NCBI RefSeq assembly: GCF_036321535.1
Contig: NC_087437.1
Coordinates: 17,982,001-18,046,000, forward strand
DNA length: 64,000 nucleotides
Source of the DNA: Camelus dromedarius
Lineage: Eukaryota
Direction of reading: 5' to 3'
Shown: one piece after another, positions 25,401 through 38,049 of the stretch
Layout: each line of letters begins with the position of its first letter
Position numbering within the stretch: position 1 is the first letter of the stretch
Position numbers and translations under genes: made by a program
The notes under the pieces: model-generated
Seen by the model: the letters and a program-made list of their open reading frames with translations, nothing else
The model's database searches: none
Told to the model about the DNA's origin: nothing

Positions 25401-28324
25401 ATTTCTTGATCGATGTAAGGTATTCTGATGAGCTCCTAGTTAAAATTCTGTGCCCAGGGAAAACTGAGAAGAGGAACAACAACAATGAAAAAAGAAGGCC
25501 ACCAAGATGATATAATAGAGGACACTGGTGGTCCCCCAGCATCCTCTCCTCTTCCACAGGAACACAATATTTGGGACAGCACACGTCTGCCCAAAACAAA
25601 GACCGCGACTCCCAGCCCCCCGGCAGCCAGCATGGTCATGTGGCTCAGGTCTGGACAATGAGACAGAACAGACGTAACATGTGTAACTTCAGGGTGAGAG
25701 TCAGAGGGTATTCGCAGTCAGAGTGAGGAAGAGAAGTGATGGAGAAATAACACTTTGTTCTGCTCCTATTTTGTTCCAGGCCAGGTCTGTTGCTTAGACG
25801 GGATTTTCTTTTTGATCCTCATGTCAGACTGTGGGGAAGGCATTATTATCTCTTTTATAGTTTAAGAAACTGAAGCTCAAATAGACATTTGAAATTTATT
25901 TTAAAGACAGAGTCATATAAGAGCAGCAAGGTTCTTTCCCTCGGTCACTGTCCCTGTGTTTCATCCAATTTCCCTCTCCCGTCCTGTCTCACAGGCATTC
26001 TGAGGGTCTTTGCCCTTCCCCCAGCCACTCCCACAGTAGTGAGGGGCACCCACTTGGGGAGCAACTACAGAGACCAAGTGCCTTCCAACAAAAGACAGAG
26101 GATTGGGTGCTTATTTGCCAAGGGAGGTTTTTCTACCACCCGAAACAAAGTTAGACCCAGTGGGAGAAAGGGGAGGAGGCGGGAGAGTGGGGCAGCTGGG
26201 ACACATGGCAAGGAAAGGGAAATTGAGTTCTACCTGAGAGGCGATTGGTGGAGTCTTTGCATTTCGAGAACCAGGGAGCTGGGAGTGAGTTGAATCCTGT
26301 TCAGTGTCACCAACCTGAGGACACTGGCAGGTCCTCCACAGAACAACTGCCTCACCATCTACATAAAACCCAGCATCTAACAGTCCCAACCCCTTGGGGT
26401 GGCAGATGGCCAGAGAGGAAAGGCTCTCCTCTCAGCAAAGGGGAGTGGGGAACACCAATCGGATATCTCCCCAGGAGCCAGGAGAGCGGTGGACACCGAT
26501 TCATATTATGAAAGGCATCTAACCACAGGTGTGACATATGGAGTGTTAAGTTTGGTTTTTTGAAAAATTCTGGTAATGGTGTGGGTTCGCTGGAAGCAAA
26601 GAAAAGCTCCGGTCAGTTCAGGCATGAAGTGACAGAAGCTCAGGATAGGAAAGGGAAAGGAGGGGTGAGCGGGCAGGCATTAAGGAGAAAGACTAGACAA
26701 GGCTTGGCGGCTGGCAGCAGGCGAGAGAAGGGAGGGAAGAAAGGGCCCAGGGGAACCCCAGTATTCCCAGCCCCGGTGAATCCTGCTACCACAGGCTGAG
26801 ATAAAGAAGGAGGACGACTGAACAGTCAGCATAGAATGAAAGAGCTCCGGACAGAAGGAAAAAGAAGACACCCACATGGAAATGCCCATTAAGCACAGAA
26901 ACAGGGTTAGAAGTTGGGAAGGAGGTCAGAGCAGAAGACAGTTCTGAGTCCATTCAGCAGACATCTGTTGAACCATTGGGTAAAAGACCCTGACGTGTCC
27001 TGGGTACACAGTTAACTGTACTTGGCTAGAAGCTCATCTGAACTCAGCTGATGGGTTTTCAATCCACAACCAGGCTCTCCCAGACAGAAAGGGAAAAGGG
27101 AGGAATCAAAGGGCTGAGGTCAGAGCCTGTCAGAAGAGTTTAGAGGATGGATAGCAACACCAACGGCCATACATGGTCAAGGGAAAGCAGGGCTGAGAGA
27201 GGGTCGTGCATTTGCCATGATGAGTGCCTGGTTGCCTTTGCTGGTTCCCTTATTGGTAATTTGCAAGAGCAGGGAACAGAAGACAGGGTGTTAAAGACCA
27301 GAGGTACATGGAAGACATGGAGCCAAAGGCATGGACTTTCCACTCTCGATGTCTAGAGCACTACCTACTATTCCAAGATCATTACAGGGAGAGAGTCAGC
27401 ACTCTCCAGTTCCTCCTGGAGTTCCAAACCAAGGAAGATTTTATAAAGGGAAAGAGGGACCCCAGGATGGTCCATTAAAAGAGCAGTGCAGTTGACATGT
27501 CTTTTGCCTGAGAACCAGAGAAACCAGAGCCCATCCCTAGGCAGAAAGAATGACATCTTTGTGGAAGACATATGAATAGAAAGGGCCCAGGCTCTATAGC
27601 AGGAGGAAGACAGAGGAATGGTGCTTTGGTAGAGGGAACCTTGGAGAAAAGGAGGGCACCTCTCCCTCTGGACTGGGAGGGAAGGGAAAGATAGAAAGAA
27701 TCAGCCACACTTGGACATGGAGAGATGCTAAGAGAGACCTTACAGAGGGCACGGCTAGAATCTGATGGATTTTTAGTGCAGCCTCACTGAAGGCAGTGTC
27801 ATCAGAAGGACAGATGAATAGAGGGGCTGCTGGGCAGCCATAGGCAGCTGCACCATGACTGGTAAAACCAGCACAGTCATAGGACGCAGGATAGGAGCAG
27901 AGCTACAATGTGTGTGTGCTGGGGAGGGGCTTATCCAGACCCCCAGTCCCACTGGGGCCAACGTGTTTCCCAGCAGCCATCAAGGGACAGCAGTACCTAC
28001 TGTTCCAAGATCATTACAGGGAGAAACTCAGCCCAGCTCATTCCTATTCCTCCCCAATGGCAAAATGGAGGGGTTATTTATACAGCAAGCAGATGCCAAC
28101 CCAAATAAACTGGTCAGTAAAAATAATTACAATTTTACTACATTTAAGTATGTGAAAACAGAGTATAGCTGAACAGAAAATCCATAAAAAGAAGATTCAG
28201 ATGTGCATACCAAAAGAGCTTCAGCTCCCACACATAAAAACTGAGCAGTAGTTATATAAATTCAGCTAGGACTGATTCTAAACAAAACCTGAGATTGTGA
28301 AACGGCAGAGGGGGACTTGGCTAT

Positions 28325-28905
28325 CACATAGGCAGCTTTTGACTGCACCAACAGAAAACCTCACCAGAGGGAACTTAAACAATACAGAAAAAGGATTCTC
28401 TCACACACCAAAAAGTTTCAAAGTTGGGTTGCAAAGTTGGTCAATTTATCAACTCGACAAAGTCATCAGGGAACTAAATTCTCACCCTTTCACCACTCCC
28501 CAACCTCATTTTATTAACAACATGTGTTCTCTTCCTCCCGTTCCCCATCGTGGTCTCAAGGAGGCAGTCCTAGTTCCAATAGTGAAATGGTGACATGAAG
28601 ACAATGTCATCTCAAAACAGGAAAACTAGGATCATTTCCTCCTGTGCAACTCTTTTGCAGAGCAAGGAAGATTTTCCCCAGAAGCCCACATCAGAGCAGA
28701 TGCCCACTGATTGGCCAGACTGGGTCACATGCCCATCTCTAAACCAATCACTAGCAAGTAGACGGAGAGTCTACTATTGGTTTAATCAAGCAAACCGAGC
28801 ACTAGATACTAAAAAAAAAAAAAAAAAAAAAAATCAAGATCTGATTAACAAGGAAGACGAGAGGAGATGACTGTTGACTGGGCAGTCAGCATTATCTGTC
28901 ACAGA
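28325..28905 (-). mobile_element. MLT1 (MaLR) LTR
   Basis: gattggccagactgggtcacatgcccatctctaaaccaatcactagcaag...tctgtcaca. Confidence 0.75.
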
Positions 28906-30074
28906 TTTTGTGTTGACAAGTCAGAGAATCAGGATAGGATGGTTCACAAATGAGGAGGGGGTTCTGCGCCATCAAACAGGACCATGAAAGAAGGTATCTG
29001 ACCTAGTTCTTCAGCTCAAGTCCAACTTCACATATTCAATAAATATACCCTATGTTTAGATATCTTCAAACCAGTATTTCAGGGAAGCAGGCTGGCAGGG
29101 TAGGATTAGACAGACCTATGTACCAGTCTTGGCCCCATGACTTGAATGTACATAAGGGACCTTTGCCACACCATTCCAAAGTGGCTTCTTTCTCTCTTAA
29201 TCTTGTGTCTGTCGTGGAGATTAATAAGCATCTCGGTGTGTAGTCAGTACTATGAAGCACAAGGATTGAGATTATCTTCTAAATTATAATCCAAGGATTA
29301 TAAATGGACTGCCCTGATTTATAATAATGACTAATCATTGCTAAAATTATCCTACTGAATTTAGCTCTTGAACATAGGTTGATAAGGGAGTCAATCCACG
29401 CTAGCATAGTAAGTACAAACCTAAAAATATTTTTAGCCAAGTACTGCTGCAAGATATATTTGGTTAAATCCATAATAACAGACCAAATAAGTCCTCATCA
29501 GCAGACTAGACATTCTGCTTCCTGATAAAAGTAAGAATTTAGGGGAATTTATTGCAATAAATGTTGCATTAGCAGAGACATTGCAAATGCTTATTCAGAA
29601 TAAATAAGGACAGTAAATAAGTACAGGATAGCTTTCAATGTCCTCCCATCTCCATCCATTTCTATAACACTCTCATACTGAACTTCACAAGGTCCCACTT
29701 TCAAGCTCTTACCCCCTCATCTCCAACATGTACTGTTCTAGTTGCCCATCTGACAGACTGCCAGCCCCTCATTCTGGTCTCCAGTGCCGTCGAAATCTGG
29801 TCCACTTTACCTCTCACCTCTTCCCAGTTTGTACTGAGTCCTTCATCTCATCTCTTTACCTGTCTCAGTGCCCACATCTCTCCACCTGAACTGCCTTCTT
29901 CCCTCCCCTCAGCCTATACGATCCTCCCATCTTTTCATGAAGGAAGAGTCAAGATTTCTGCTCAAGGAGCCTTTTGTGAAGACCTAGCCCTCAAAGATCC
30001 ACAGTCTTCCTCTGCCTCATAATGCCAAGGCTCCATTCAAGTTCACCGTGGGTCATATTGAGGGGAGTGGGGAT

Positions 30075-30295
30075 AGCAAGATGAGGACCCTTGAGTCAGA
30101 CAACACTGGAGTTCAAATCTTGGACCCACTGCTTACTAGATCTGTGACCTTGGGCAAGTCCTGTCTAACATTTTTACAGCCTCAGTTTCCTCATCTTCAA
30201 AATGAGGATAATAACAGATTTCTCCATGTAGGCATGGTACTTGGAACACAATATAAGTCAGGAAGAATTCAATCATTGTTGGCTATTATCTGCTA
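30075..30295 (+). mobile_element. MIR SINE
   Basis: gagtcagac...tgtgaccttgggcaagt...cctcagtttcctcatcttcaaaatgaggataataa. Confidence 0.85.
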
Positions 30296-32496
30296 CAATC
30301 GTTGTTCTCACAACACTTTCTGAGTTTACATCTTGCCTCACTGGTTCAACTGAAATCTGCATGGATAACAACCAAGAAGGACAGATCCCTGCCCAACTCT
30401 TGGATCAAGTCCTGTGGGTCCCTTACCACATAGGTTGAGGAGGCTTTGCAAGGTTTGTGTCAACTGAACTTTCTTTCCTGCAACTAAACCACACTAGAAT
30501 CAGAGATGCCAACTTTTCCAATGTCAGGTCTGTTCCAAATTGAACTGTTTCCTTGTACATTTTTAGGAAAAGCTCTAAGAAGAGTACAGGAGCCTTTGCA
30601 GGGCAGTCCTGCCACAGGGCAGCATAAGGGTACTAGCCTCTGGAGGGCAGGGGAGAAGGAATGCCAAGAGGTAAGACAGAAGAACTCAGAAAGTTAGAGG
30701 TAGGGGGCCAGAGCCAAGGGGAGGAGCAAAAGTGAGGACAGGACATTTGTATCCCAAACCATGAAGGATGAAACCTGAGAGGGGAAGACAGGACTCCAAA
30801 CCTGGAACCCCAACAGGGGAGAGGAGTGAAGGCAATGCTCTGGGTGAAGATGGAAGGAGATCTCAGTCACCAGCCTGAGAAGCAACCACCCCAGCCAGGA
30901 GCAGTGGGACTTCCAGACACTCACGTTGAGGACAGCCACTGGCTTGCCACCTCCCCAACCCAGTGAAAATACTGGAAGATGTACTCCCATAAAACATGGG
31001 ACTATACAAAAAAGGGGAAGATGTGAGAAACAGAAACTCAGAAGTCAACCCAGAAGGACAAGACATCCAGGAAGGATGTTTCCAGGAAAGAGACTAGACC
31101 TGACATGACTGACCTTGTGGGAAGTTGTGTGGGAGGCTGTGGGAAGGCTGGGGAGAATCAGGAACAGCTACGAAGCAAACCAAGTAAGTGGGAACGAGGG
31201 CAATAGGTAGAAAATAGGAAATGAACATCATCATAATACACCACAATGTTCACCTGTGAATATTGCATAGGTATAATAATGCTAATTTAACCAAAAAAAA
31301 GGCCTATATTTAATGGAACTACATTAGGAGAGTGGAGAAGAGGAAACAGTGAGTGGAGGTCAGAGAACTAACTCTTCAACTCTTAAGCCAGTAGATAACA
31401 GTCCACACATTTTTTTTTAGAAATATGGAGATATGAAGTGATTCCAGAAGAACAGAAAGTGATTATCTCTGAAAAAATATATATTTTAAAAATATTGAAA
31501 AAAATTTAAATATTAAAATATATGTTTTAAAATATTATTTAAAATATTTGAAAAGAAAACGATTATCTCTGGAGCAAGGCTGTTTGGGGGACTGTGAAAA
31601 GCAGGTGTTTCCTGGGGCAAGAGACTCACCAAGCTTTAGTACTTTCTAACCTTTTAAACCAAGTGAATGTACTGTTTCAGTAAAATCAAATTTAAATAAC
31701 AACAAAGAAAAAGGTCAAATTGATCAGCATATGCTAAGTCAATGCACTGACTCTTCTTCCACTGATCGCTAATGGGTTTCACTTGGAGATCATTTCACAG
31801 TTTATTTCACGGCAGATGCAAGGATCAGGACTGGCTAAAGAGCAGACAGTGAAGTGGTACCATTTCAGGGGTCCTGCACGGGGCTCCCTACCCATCAGTA
31901 TCATCAAGCCTGCCTCCGCTTTCCCCATCACAGTCACACTGACCCGGGTCTGCAGCAGTCTTCTTCATAAAGCCAGCTCCTCCAGATGAACCGAGTGGCA
32001 TTTGTGGCCACCCCTCGGTGTTTGTGGCCCCAGAGACAAAGTCCATGAACCTGTGAGGTCCCAGAACTCCCCTTCCTCTTCCCTACTAGAGTCACTCTGC
32101 CTTCAGATCCTGAGGACCCCAATATTTTTGTAATAAATTTCCACTGAAGCTTAAAAACATCCAGCTCCTCAAGTCCTCTAATGGCACCTGAGTAACTAGT
32201 GAGCATCTTCGCTCACAGAAGCCGACAGAAGTTCCCAGGACAGAGTATGGGAATGAGAATGGTGAGGGGCAGAATGGTGTGAAAAACTGGAGAAAGGGCA
32301 AGAGCCAAACCAAGCAGGGCTAAATTTACACCGACAGGGGGAAGTGGTAGAACTTAAGACAAAATGGGGTTCTTGGCACAGTTCTGACCAGAACAGCTGT
32401 AATGGTGTCTGGAAGAAACAGAATCAGTGAGGGTAACTGCGAGTATGGTATCTTGCTATCTGCACAGCTCTTCCCACTCTGTTGTCCAAGTGGAGT

Positions 32497-32905
32497 CTGT
32501 GGTAGGAAGCCCCCCGGACAGCCCCCAGTGATGCCTCCTCTTGGTATGCACCCCTGGTGTAGTCCCCTCCCACAGCAGACCAAGCCTCTGTCTCCAGCCT
32601 TCTCAGATCATTTGCACAAGGGGAATCCAGCTGCCATGCTGGGAGCAGTCCTTAGGGAGAGGCCGGGTGATAAGAAACTGAAGCCTCTAACCAACAGCTG
32701 CACAAAGGACCCTGGAAACAGGTCTGGCTCAGTCGAGCCTTCAGATGACAGCAGCCCTAGCAACATCTCAGTCACACTCTCATAAGCAACCCTGAGTCAG
32801 AACCACCCAGCTAAGCTGCTCCCGTATTCCTGTCCCCCAGAAACCATACAACATAATCCAAGTCTGTTGTTTAAAGCCACTAAACTTGGGGGTAATTTGT
32901 TACCC
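32497..32905 (+). mobile_element. MLT1 (MaLR) LTR
   Basis: gagccttcagatgacagcagccc...gaaccacccagctaagctgctccc...tttaaagccactaaacttgggggtaatttgttac. Confidence 0.85.
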
Positions 32906-34244
32906 TGAGGTTAAGAGTAGTCAAATCATTTGCCCAAGTTCTCACAGCAATTAGAAGTCCCTAGGTCTTAAACTCCATTTTTACTGTTAACCATCAACTC
33001 CACAGATATTTCAATGACTTTCTTATTAAATAAAATGTTAAAGGTTGTTGATCTTCAGAACACGTGAAAATGATGCTTTAAAGAAGTAAATGGTACATGA
33101 AAATAAGCGTACTTAATGTAGCTCCTTTTGTGACTGCTGAGTGCTCTAACATTTCCTGCAATTTAGATTTGGGAGCAGAGGCAGGTACCACAAAAAGAGG
33201 AAATGTTATTCTGATCCTTGACTGGGGCTTGTTGCCAGAGCTTGGTCTTATCCTCTGCAGTGTATAATTTGTGATAAAATTGGCAAGAGAATGTATGCTC
33301 CAATAACTTGGCCGATTGCATTAGGCAAACACAAAGCCTTAAAGAGTATTATTTATGATAAAAGCTGACCAAGGATTCTTATATTAGAAGAATGGGGTTG
33401 GGGAGCCCTAATGCATGTGAAACACCTGAACGCAACAAAACCTAAGGGAGAGACATGCAAAGTTGACATTCTGCTGGCTTTTATGCTTATAAACAAAATG
33501 TATCTTTCCTGTTCTTATAAGCACCAGTATGTTTTTTAATCCTAAGAAACCTCACTTGCTCACAACTCCTATATTTCTCAGGCTGAGATATTCAGAATGC
33601 TTACATGTGGACTCAGTGTCTCCAGAAAGGGCCAACTCAGAGGCCTGGGAAATAGGAGAACTTTATTTGGTGGGAAGTGAGAAGAGTAAGTCAGGGACCC
33701 ATCAGGCTGCCAATATCCACTGAATATCAATGGACATGTTTTCAGAATCGTGCTCTGTGACCCTCCCTTGTTTTATTCCTTGGCTTCTTCTGGGGAAGGA
33801 AGAGAGGTATCTAAAGCGTTCAGTAGGGTGGCCTTATTTTTGAAGGGCAGTCAAGCAGCTGACCCCAGGGCCAAGAAAAATCTCTCCACTCATGAAGTTA
33901 TTGGCCCACAATTGGTGGTGAGATTTGTCCATCCATCAGTAGAGTGTCTGATAATGAATAATTTGTGTGTGTGGTTGCTGGGATTGGTGTTAAATCATTC
34001 TGATGGGTCCCCCTTCCCCGTCCACGTAGGGTGAAAACCCAGGCTCCTTGTGGAGTTCACAAGGCCTTGGATGGTCTCCCAGCCCCCCTTCCCTCATAAG
34101 TCTGGCTCCTTCCAGTGTTCAGGTCCTAGGCACCCAATGTAAATGAAACCGCCCTCCTTCCCTCGGCCCATCTCATCACCCTGATTCACTGTTGGCCACT
34201 TAGCACTACCAGAAATTAATTCTGTATTTATTTAATGATAAAAT

Positions 34245-34572
34245 AATAAAATCGAACAATTTATTGGGCAGGTTCATATGCCAAGCACTGTTCTAAGGGT
34301 TTTCTCCATAGTAGCTCAATTAACCTGATAATATCCATTACAGCCATTACAGGTGAGGAAACCAGGGCACAGGTTAAGCACTTTGCCTAAAGTGATGTAA
34401 CTATTTGGTGGTGGGGCCAGGAATAACCCCATGATTTGTTTCTTGATTTTTGTCCATCCTCCCGTTGGGCTGTAAACACCAAGGGAGAAGGGCATTTGCA
34501 GGTTTTGTTCATTGCTGCATCCCAGTACCCAGCACAGTGCCTGACACAGAGTAGGTGCTTGAATGAACGAGT
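34245..34572. mobile_element. MIR (minus, about 34245-34420) followed by an L2 tail (plus, about 34450-34572)
   Basis: acaggtgaggaaaccagggcacaggttaag; cccagcacagtgcctgacacagagtaggtgcttgaatgaa. Confidence 0.75.
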
Positions 34573-37500
34573 AAGATTTCAAAGCCCTACCCCTGCACTC
34601 ACCCTTGCTCTTTCTGAAAGAAGTCTGTGGATGTAGTCCTCTATTGGCCTGCACCAAATCAGTTGGTCACGTGATCTCTGCTTCCACCAGATCCCAGCTA
34701 CTCAAGTTAAGGTGGGTTGAAGTATCAAAAAGTCTCCTTAACTGGGCGCACTTGGGGTTTGAGGCAGAAGCGTCCTTCATCCCAGCCAAGTGCTCTCTGT
34801 CAGCTCAGGGTCAAACGTGCTGTTACAGGCACTCCAAGCGTCATTTCTGGGACCCGGTTTTGTTCCGTTTCTCACTGTTTTTTGGTGGAAGCTTCACCTC
34901 CTGTGCCATCTTGGCTGCAACAAGACACTTGGAGTGTTACAAAATTTGAAGACGCACGAGTGGGCTAGGCTGGGTTCTGGAAGGAAGACCCTAGAGCAAT
35001 TACCAGGAAATGTCTTAATAGGACCAGAACCCTGGGTCTTCTTGAGCACTCTCTAGAGATGGGATATACATCTCTGAATTTGGAAATAGACTGAAAAAAG
35101 GAAAAAGCAGGGGCGCCAAATATTAAAACATTTGGGGAATAAGCAAAAGCAAAAAGTTTATGATTTAACTAAAGTGCATTATTTCCCAAGATGAATTTAT
35201 CATCTGCAACGGTGGCTCCTGGGCTGCTGACTCTTGGGACGGGGCTGGATTAGCGCTCACACTCCCAGTAGCGAGCGGCTTGCTCTGGCTTGCTCCCGAG
35301 GTTCCCGGAAACCAGCATCTGGAACTTCCGCTCAGGTCCTCTCCAGAATCCCCAAGAGGCCGCAATGAGACGGCCAGCCTGACGTCACGTGAGTGCCCCG
35401 CACCTCGGCCTGTCCAGACGCGGCTACTCTCCTGGTCTCTTCGAAAACGCGCCAGGCTAGAGCCGCGTGTTAAGCTCTCCTCTGCTCCTCCACCCCCAAC
35501 CACCTTCTCCAAGCCATGGTCTGCGCACCCTCCTCTCCCTGCCCCAGATGCCTCGGAGCAGAGATCTTCTGCCCACTAGAGAGGAGGGGTGGTGGCTGGA
35601 GGGCCGGCAGAGCGTTGAAGCCAGGCAGGTGGGTGCAGGCCTGAGGGCCCGTGATGTCCGCGCTTGGCTCTACCAGGCTGCATCTGGGGTCCTGTCCCGT
35701 TAGCTGTAAGGTACGGAAAGTCCTGTTGTCAGACAGCCTGAGCAGAAGGAAACTATCCAGTGTCTTCTTTGCTCTCGGAGTTGTGCAGACCCTGGGCACT
35801 CAAAAATAACGTAACATGACCTTCGAGAAGCTCAAACTCGAAGTCTCGTGGGCTGCATGGGCGGCGACGGGGCTCCACACCAGGCTGGGAAAGAGCGCGT
35901 GAAATGGAGAGGACCTGAGAGTGAGAGCATAGAAGGGGGCCTTAGCCCAGCCCTGGAATCAAAGAAGGCTCCCCAGGGGAGGTGAATCCTTGAAAGAGGC
36001 CTGAGGTACGCAAAGGAGTTGGGCAGAAGGAGAGGGGAAATGCTCCCTACAAAGGCCCAGAGCAGAGAGGAAGGCGCAACTTGAACCTTGCTGGGTTGCC
36101 AGGAGGAGAAGGGCAGGGACGAGAAGTGGCTTGGGTCTTGACTTTCGTGGCCTCTCCTTCCCGCGACCCGAACACTGACGGTTCGCTGCCGGAATCTTTG
36201 TTGCTCAGGGGCCCAGACACCACGCTTAGGCCGGAACGTGGCGTGCCTTGAGTGACTGCGCTGCGTAAAGACGCGCGTACTGGAGGACATGCGCGCGGAT
36301 TCTCTAGGCAAACGCGGAAGCGGAAAAGCCGCGTCCCAGGAAGATCTGCGACCCTGGTGAGTGGCCTGCGGCCTGAGCCCCCAGCTTCAGGCTGCGAGTA
36401 AAGCAGGAGACGCGTTTAGGCGACCTCTGTTCTAAGACCTGTTCCAGCGGTGACGGAAACTGCTGGTTCTCCTAGGGGCCACCTGTCCAGGACGTCTGCC
36501 CCGGGGTCTAGGCCTGGCAGGGAGACAGAGCTCAGAGGGACAAAGTAGCCCAGAAGAAGGTAGAGGCATGGTTTGGAGACAGCCTCAGGCCAGGCCCGGG
36601 GATCACGGGAACTCCTATTGGGGCGGGGTCCAGCACTAAGGAGTCTTGAATAAACTGGTGGCCAGCCAGTACTGTGTAACGGGTGTACGCTTCTGTGCTG
36701 TCCGCGGAGACGTTGAGGCGCCAGGCAGGGAGCGCGTGGCCCTCAACCTTGAGTTCCCTCTCAGCGCGGAGTTCAAGTCCCAAGGCCAGTATGAGCAGCT
36801 GTGTGCTGGCTCCCGCCAGAGTCAATGCAGTATGACCCAGACAGCTTGGGGTTCGGAACCCTGGGTACTCAGGGGCCCCCTTCCCACAAACTGCCACGCC
36901 ACCATTGCGCACCCTCCGTAATAATCCGCTTCAGACTCTTGGACTGCAAGCTAAAATCTGAGCGCGAGATGTTTAAAAAAGAAAGCGGATAAAGGAGGAG
37001 GTGGAAATAAGAGGACTGAAGCAAGACACGCTTCTGCCCCGAGTTGCCCCGGGGCAAAAGGACTGAGTTAGTTTGGAGGATGGGAAGAGGGAAAGATGCC
37101 AGATCCCCTCCTTAAGCAGTTTCCAAGAGGTTGGTCTGCATTAACCCAAACTGCTGTGTGTGGGTTTGGTGTCCCCTGAGGGTTCCTAAGTGGCGGGTCC
37201 CGTGGACGCTGTACCTCTGCAGATGTTAACATTTCTGTCATTCCTTCCCAAAGCCCTGGAGATCTCCCAGTGACCTGGCCCTGGACCTCCAATCCCTGGC
37301 AAGCTCTGAGCACAGAGCTCAGTTTGCAGGCTAGTCCAACCCGAGTTGGTGTTGCCTGCAACACTTGGAAATCCTCCCCGGACTGGGCTGGAAAGGGCTT
37401 CTACTTCCTGGTACCCCAAGCTAAATGAAACTTATTGCAGAGAAAACAGGAGGAGAGGGCAGGATGGAGGCCTCGGCTGGGGCTGAGAGGAATGTGAAGG

Positions 37501-37769
37501 CTGTGTACCTGCTTGCGAGCTCAGGCGGAGGTGGCGCTCTTGGCTCGAGGTCTACAATCGGGTAAGCCAGGTCTCGGACCAGAGCCTAAATGAATCAAGA
37601 GCAGGCGTGAGGATCACTCCAGTGCAGTTTATCTTCATGGCAGGTTTCGATGGATACAGTGGATCTCGTCGAAGGGCCCGCGTTTACCTTCAGCACTATT
37701 TAATTTTCAGACGTGGTGCCGCTTGGGGTGGAAAAAATAGGTAAGAGTTTTCCAATCCTATACACCCGG

Positions 37770-37890
37770 CGTCACCACTGGAGTCAATTATGGCAAATCG
37801 CATAGCCTTTCCCAACCTCAGTTTCCCAATCTGTAAAATGGGCATAGTCCCCGCCTCTCTGAAGAGCGAGCTAAGAATGAGAAATGCCAC
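37770..37890 (+). mobile_element. MIR core inside the SOX14 upstream CpG domain
   Basis: cctcagtttcccaatctgtaaaatgggcatagt. Confidence 0.7.
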
Positions 37891-38049
37891 GCGTCCTTCT
37901 AATTGTAGGAAGGAGAAGCAAAGCCTTTGCCTCAAACTTGATACACTACATGCTAAAGAAAGACCCTCTCTCCCTGCTTCCTCGTTTTCTGCTTACCTCC
38001 CCCACCCCCAACCCTTCCAAGTCCGCGGATCGCCGCACGTTTCAGGTCG

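Noticed and set aside
36695..36712. Canonical RE1 near the promoter (also 38531 and 39530)
   Set aside because: Only half-sites or multiple mismatches at key positions.
37520..37540. CTCF-like AGGTGGCGCT (similar partial matches at about 44955 and 45990)
   Set aside because: Only the 3' half matches; the upstream CC-x-C core is missing, and such matches are common in GC-rich DNA.
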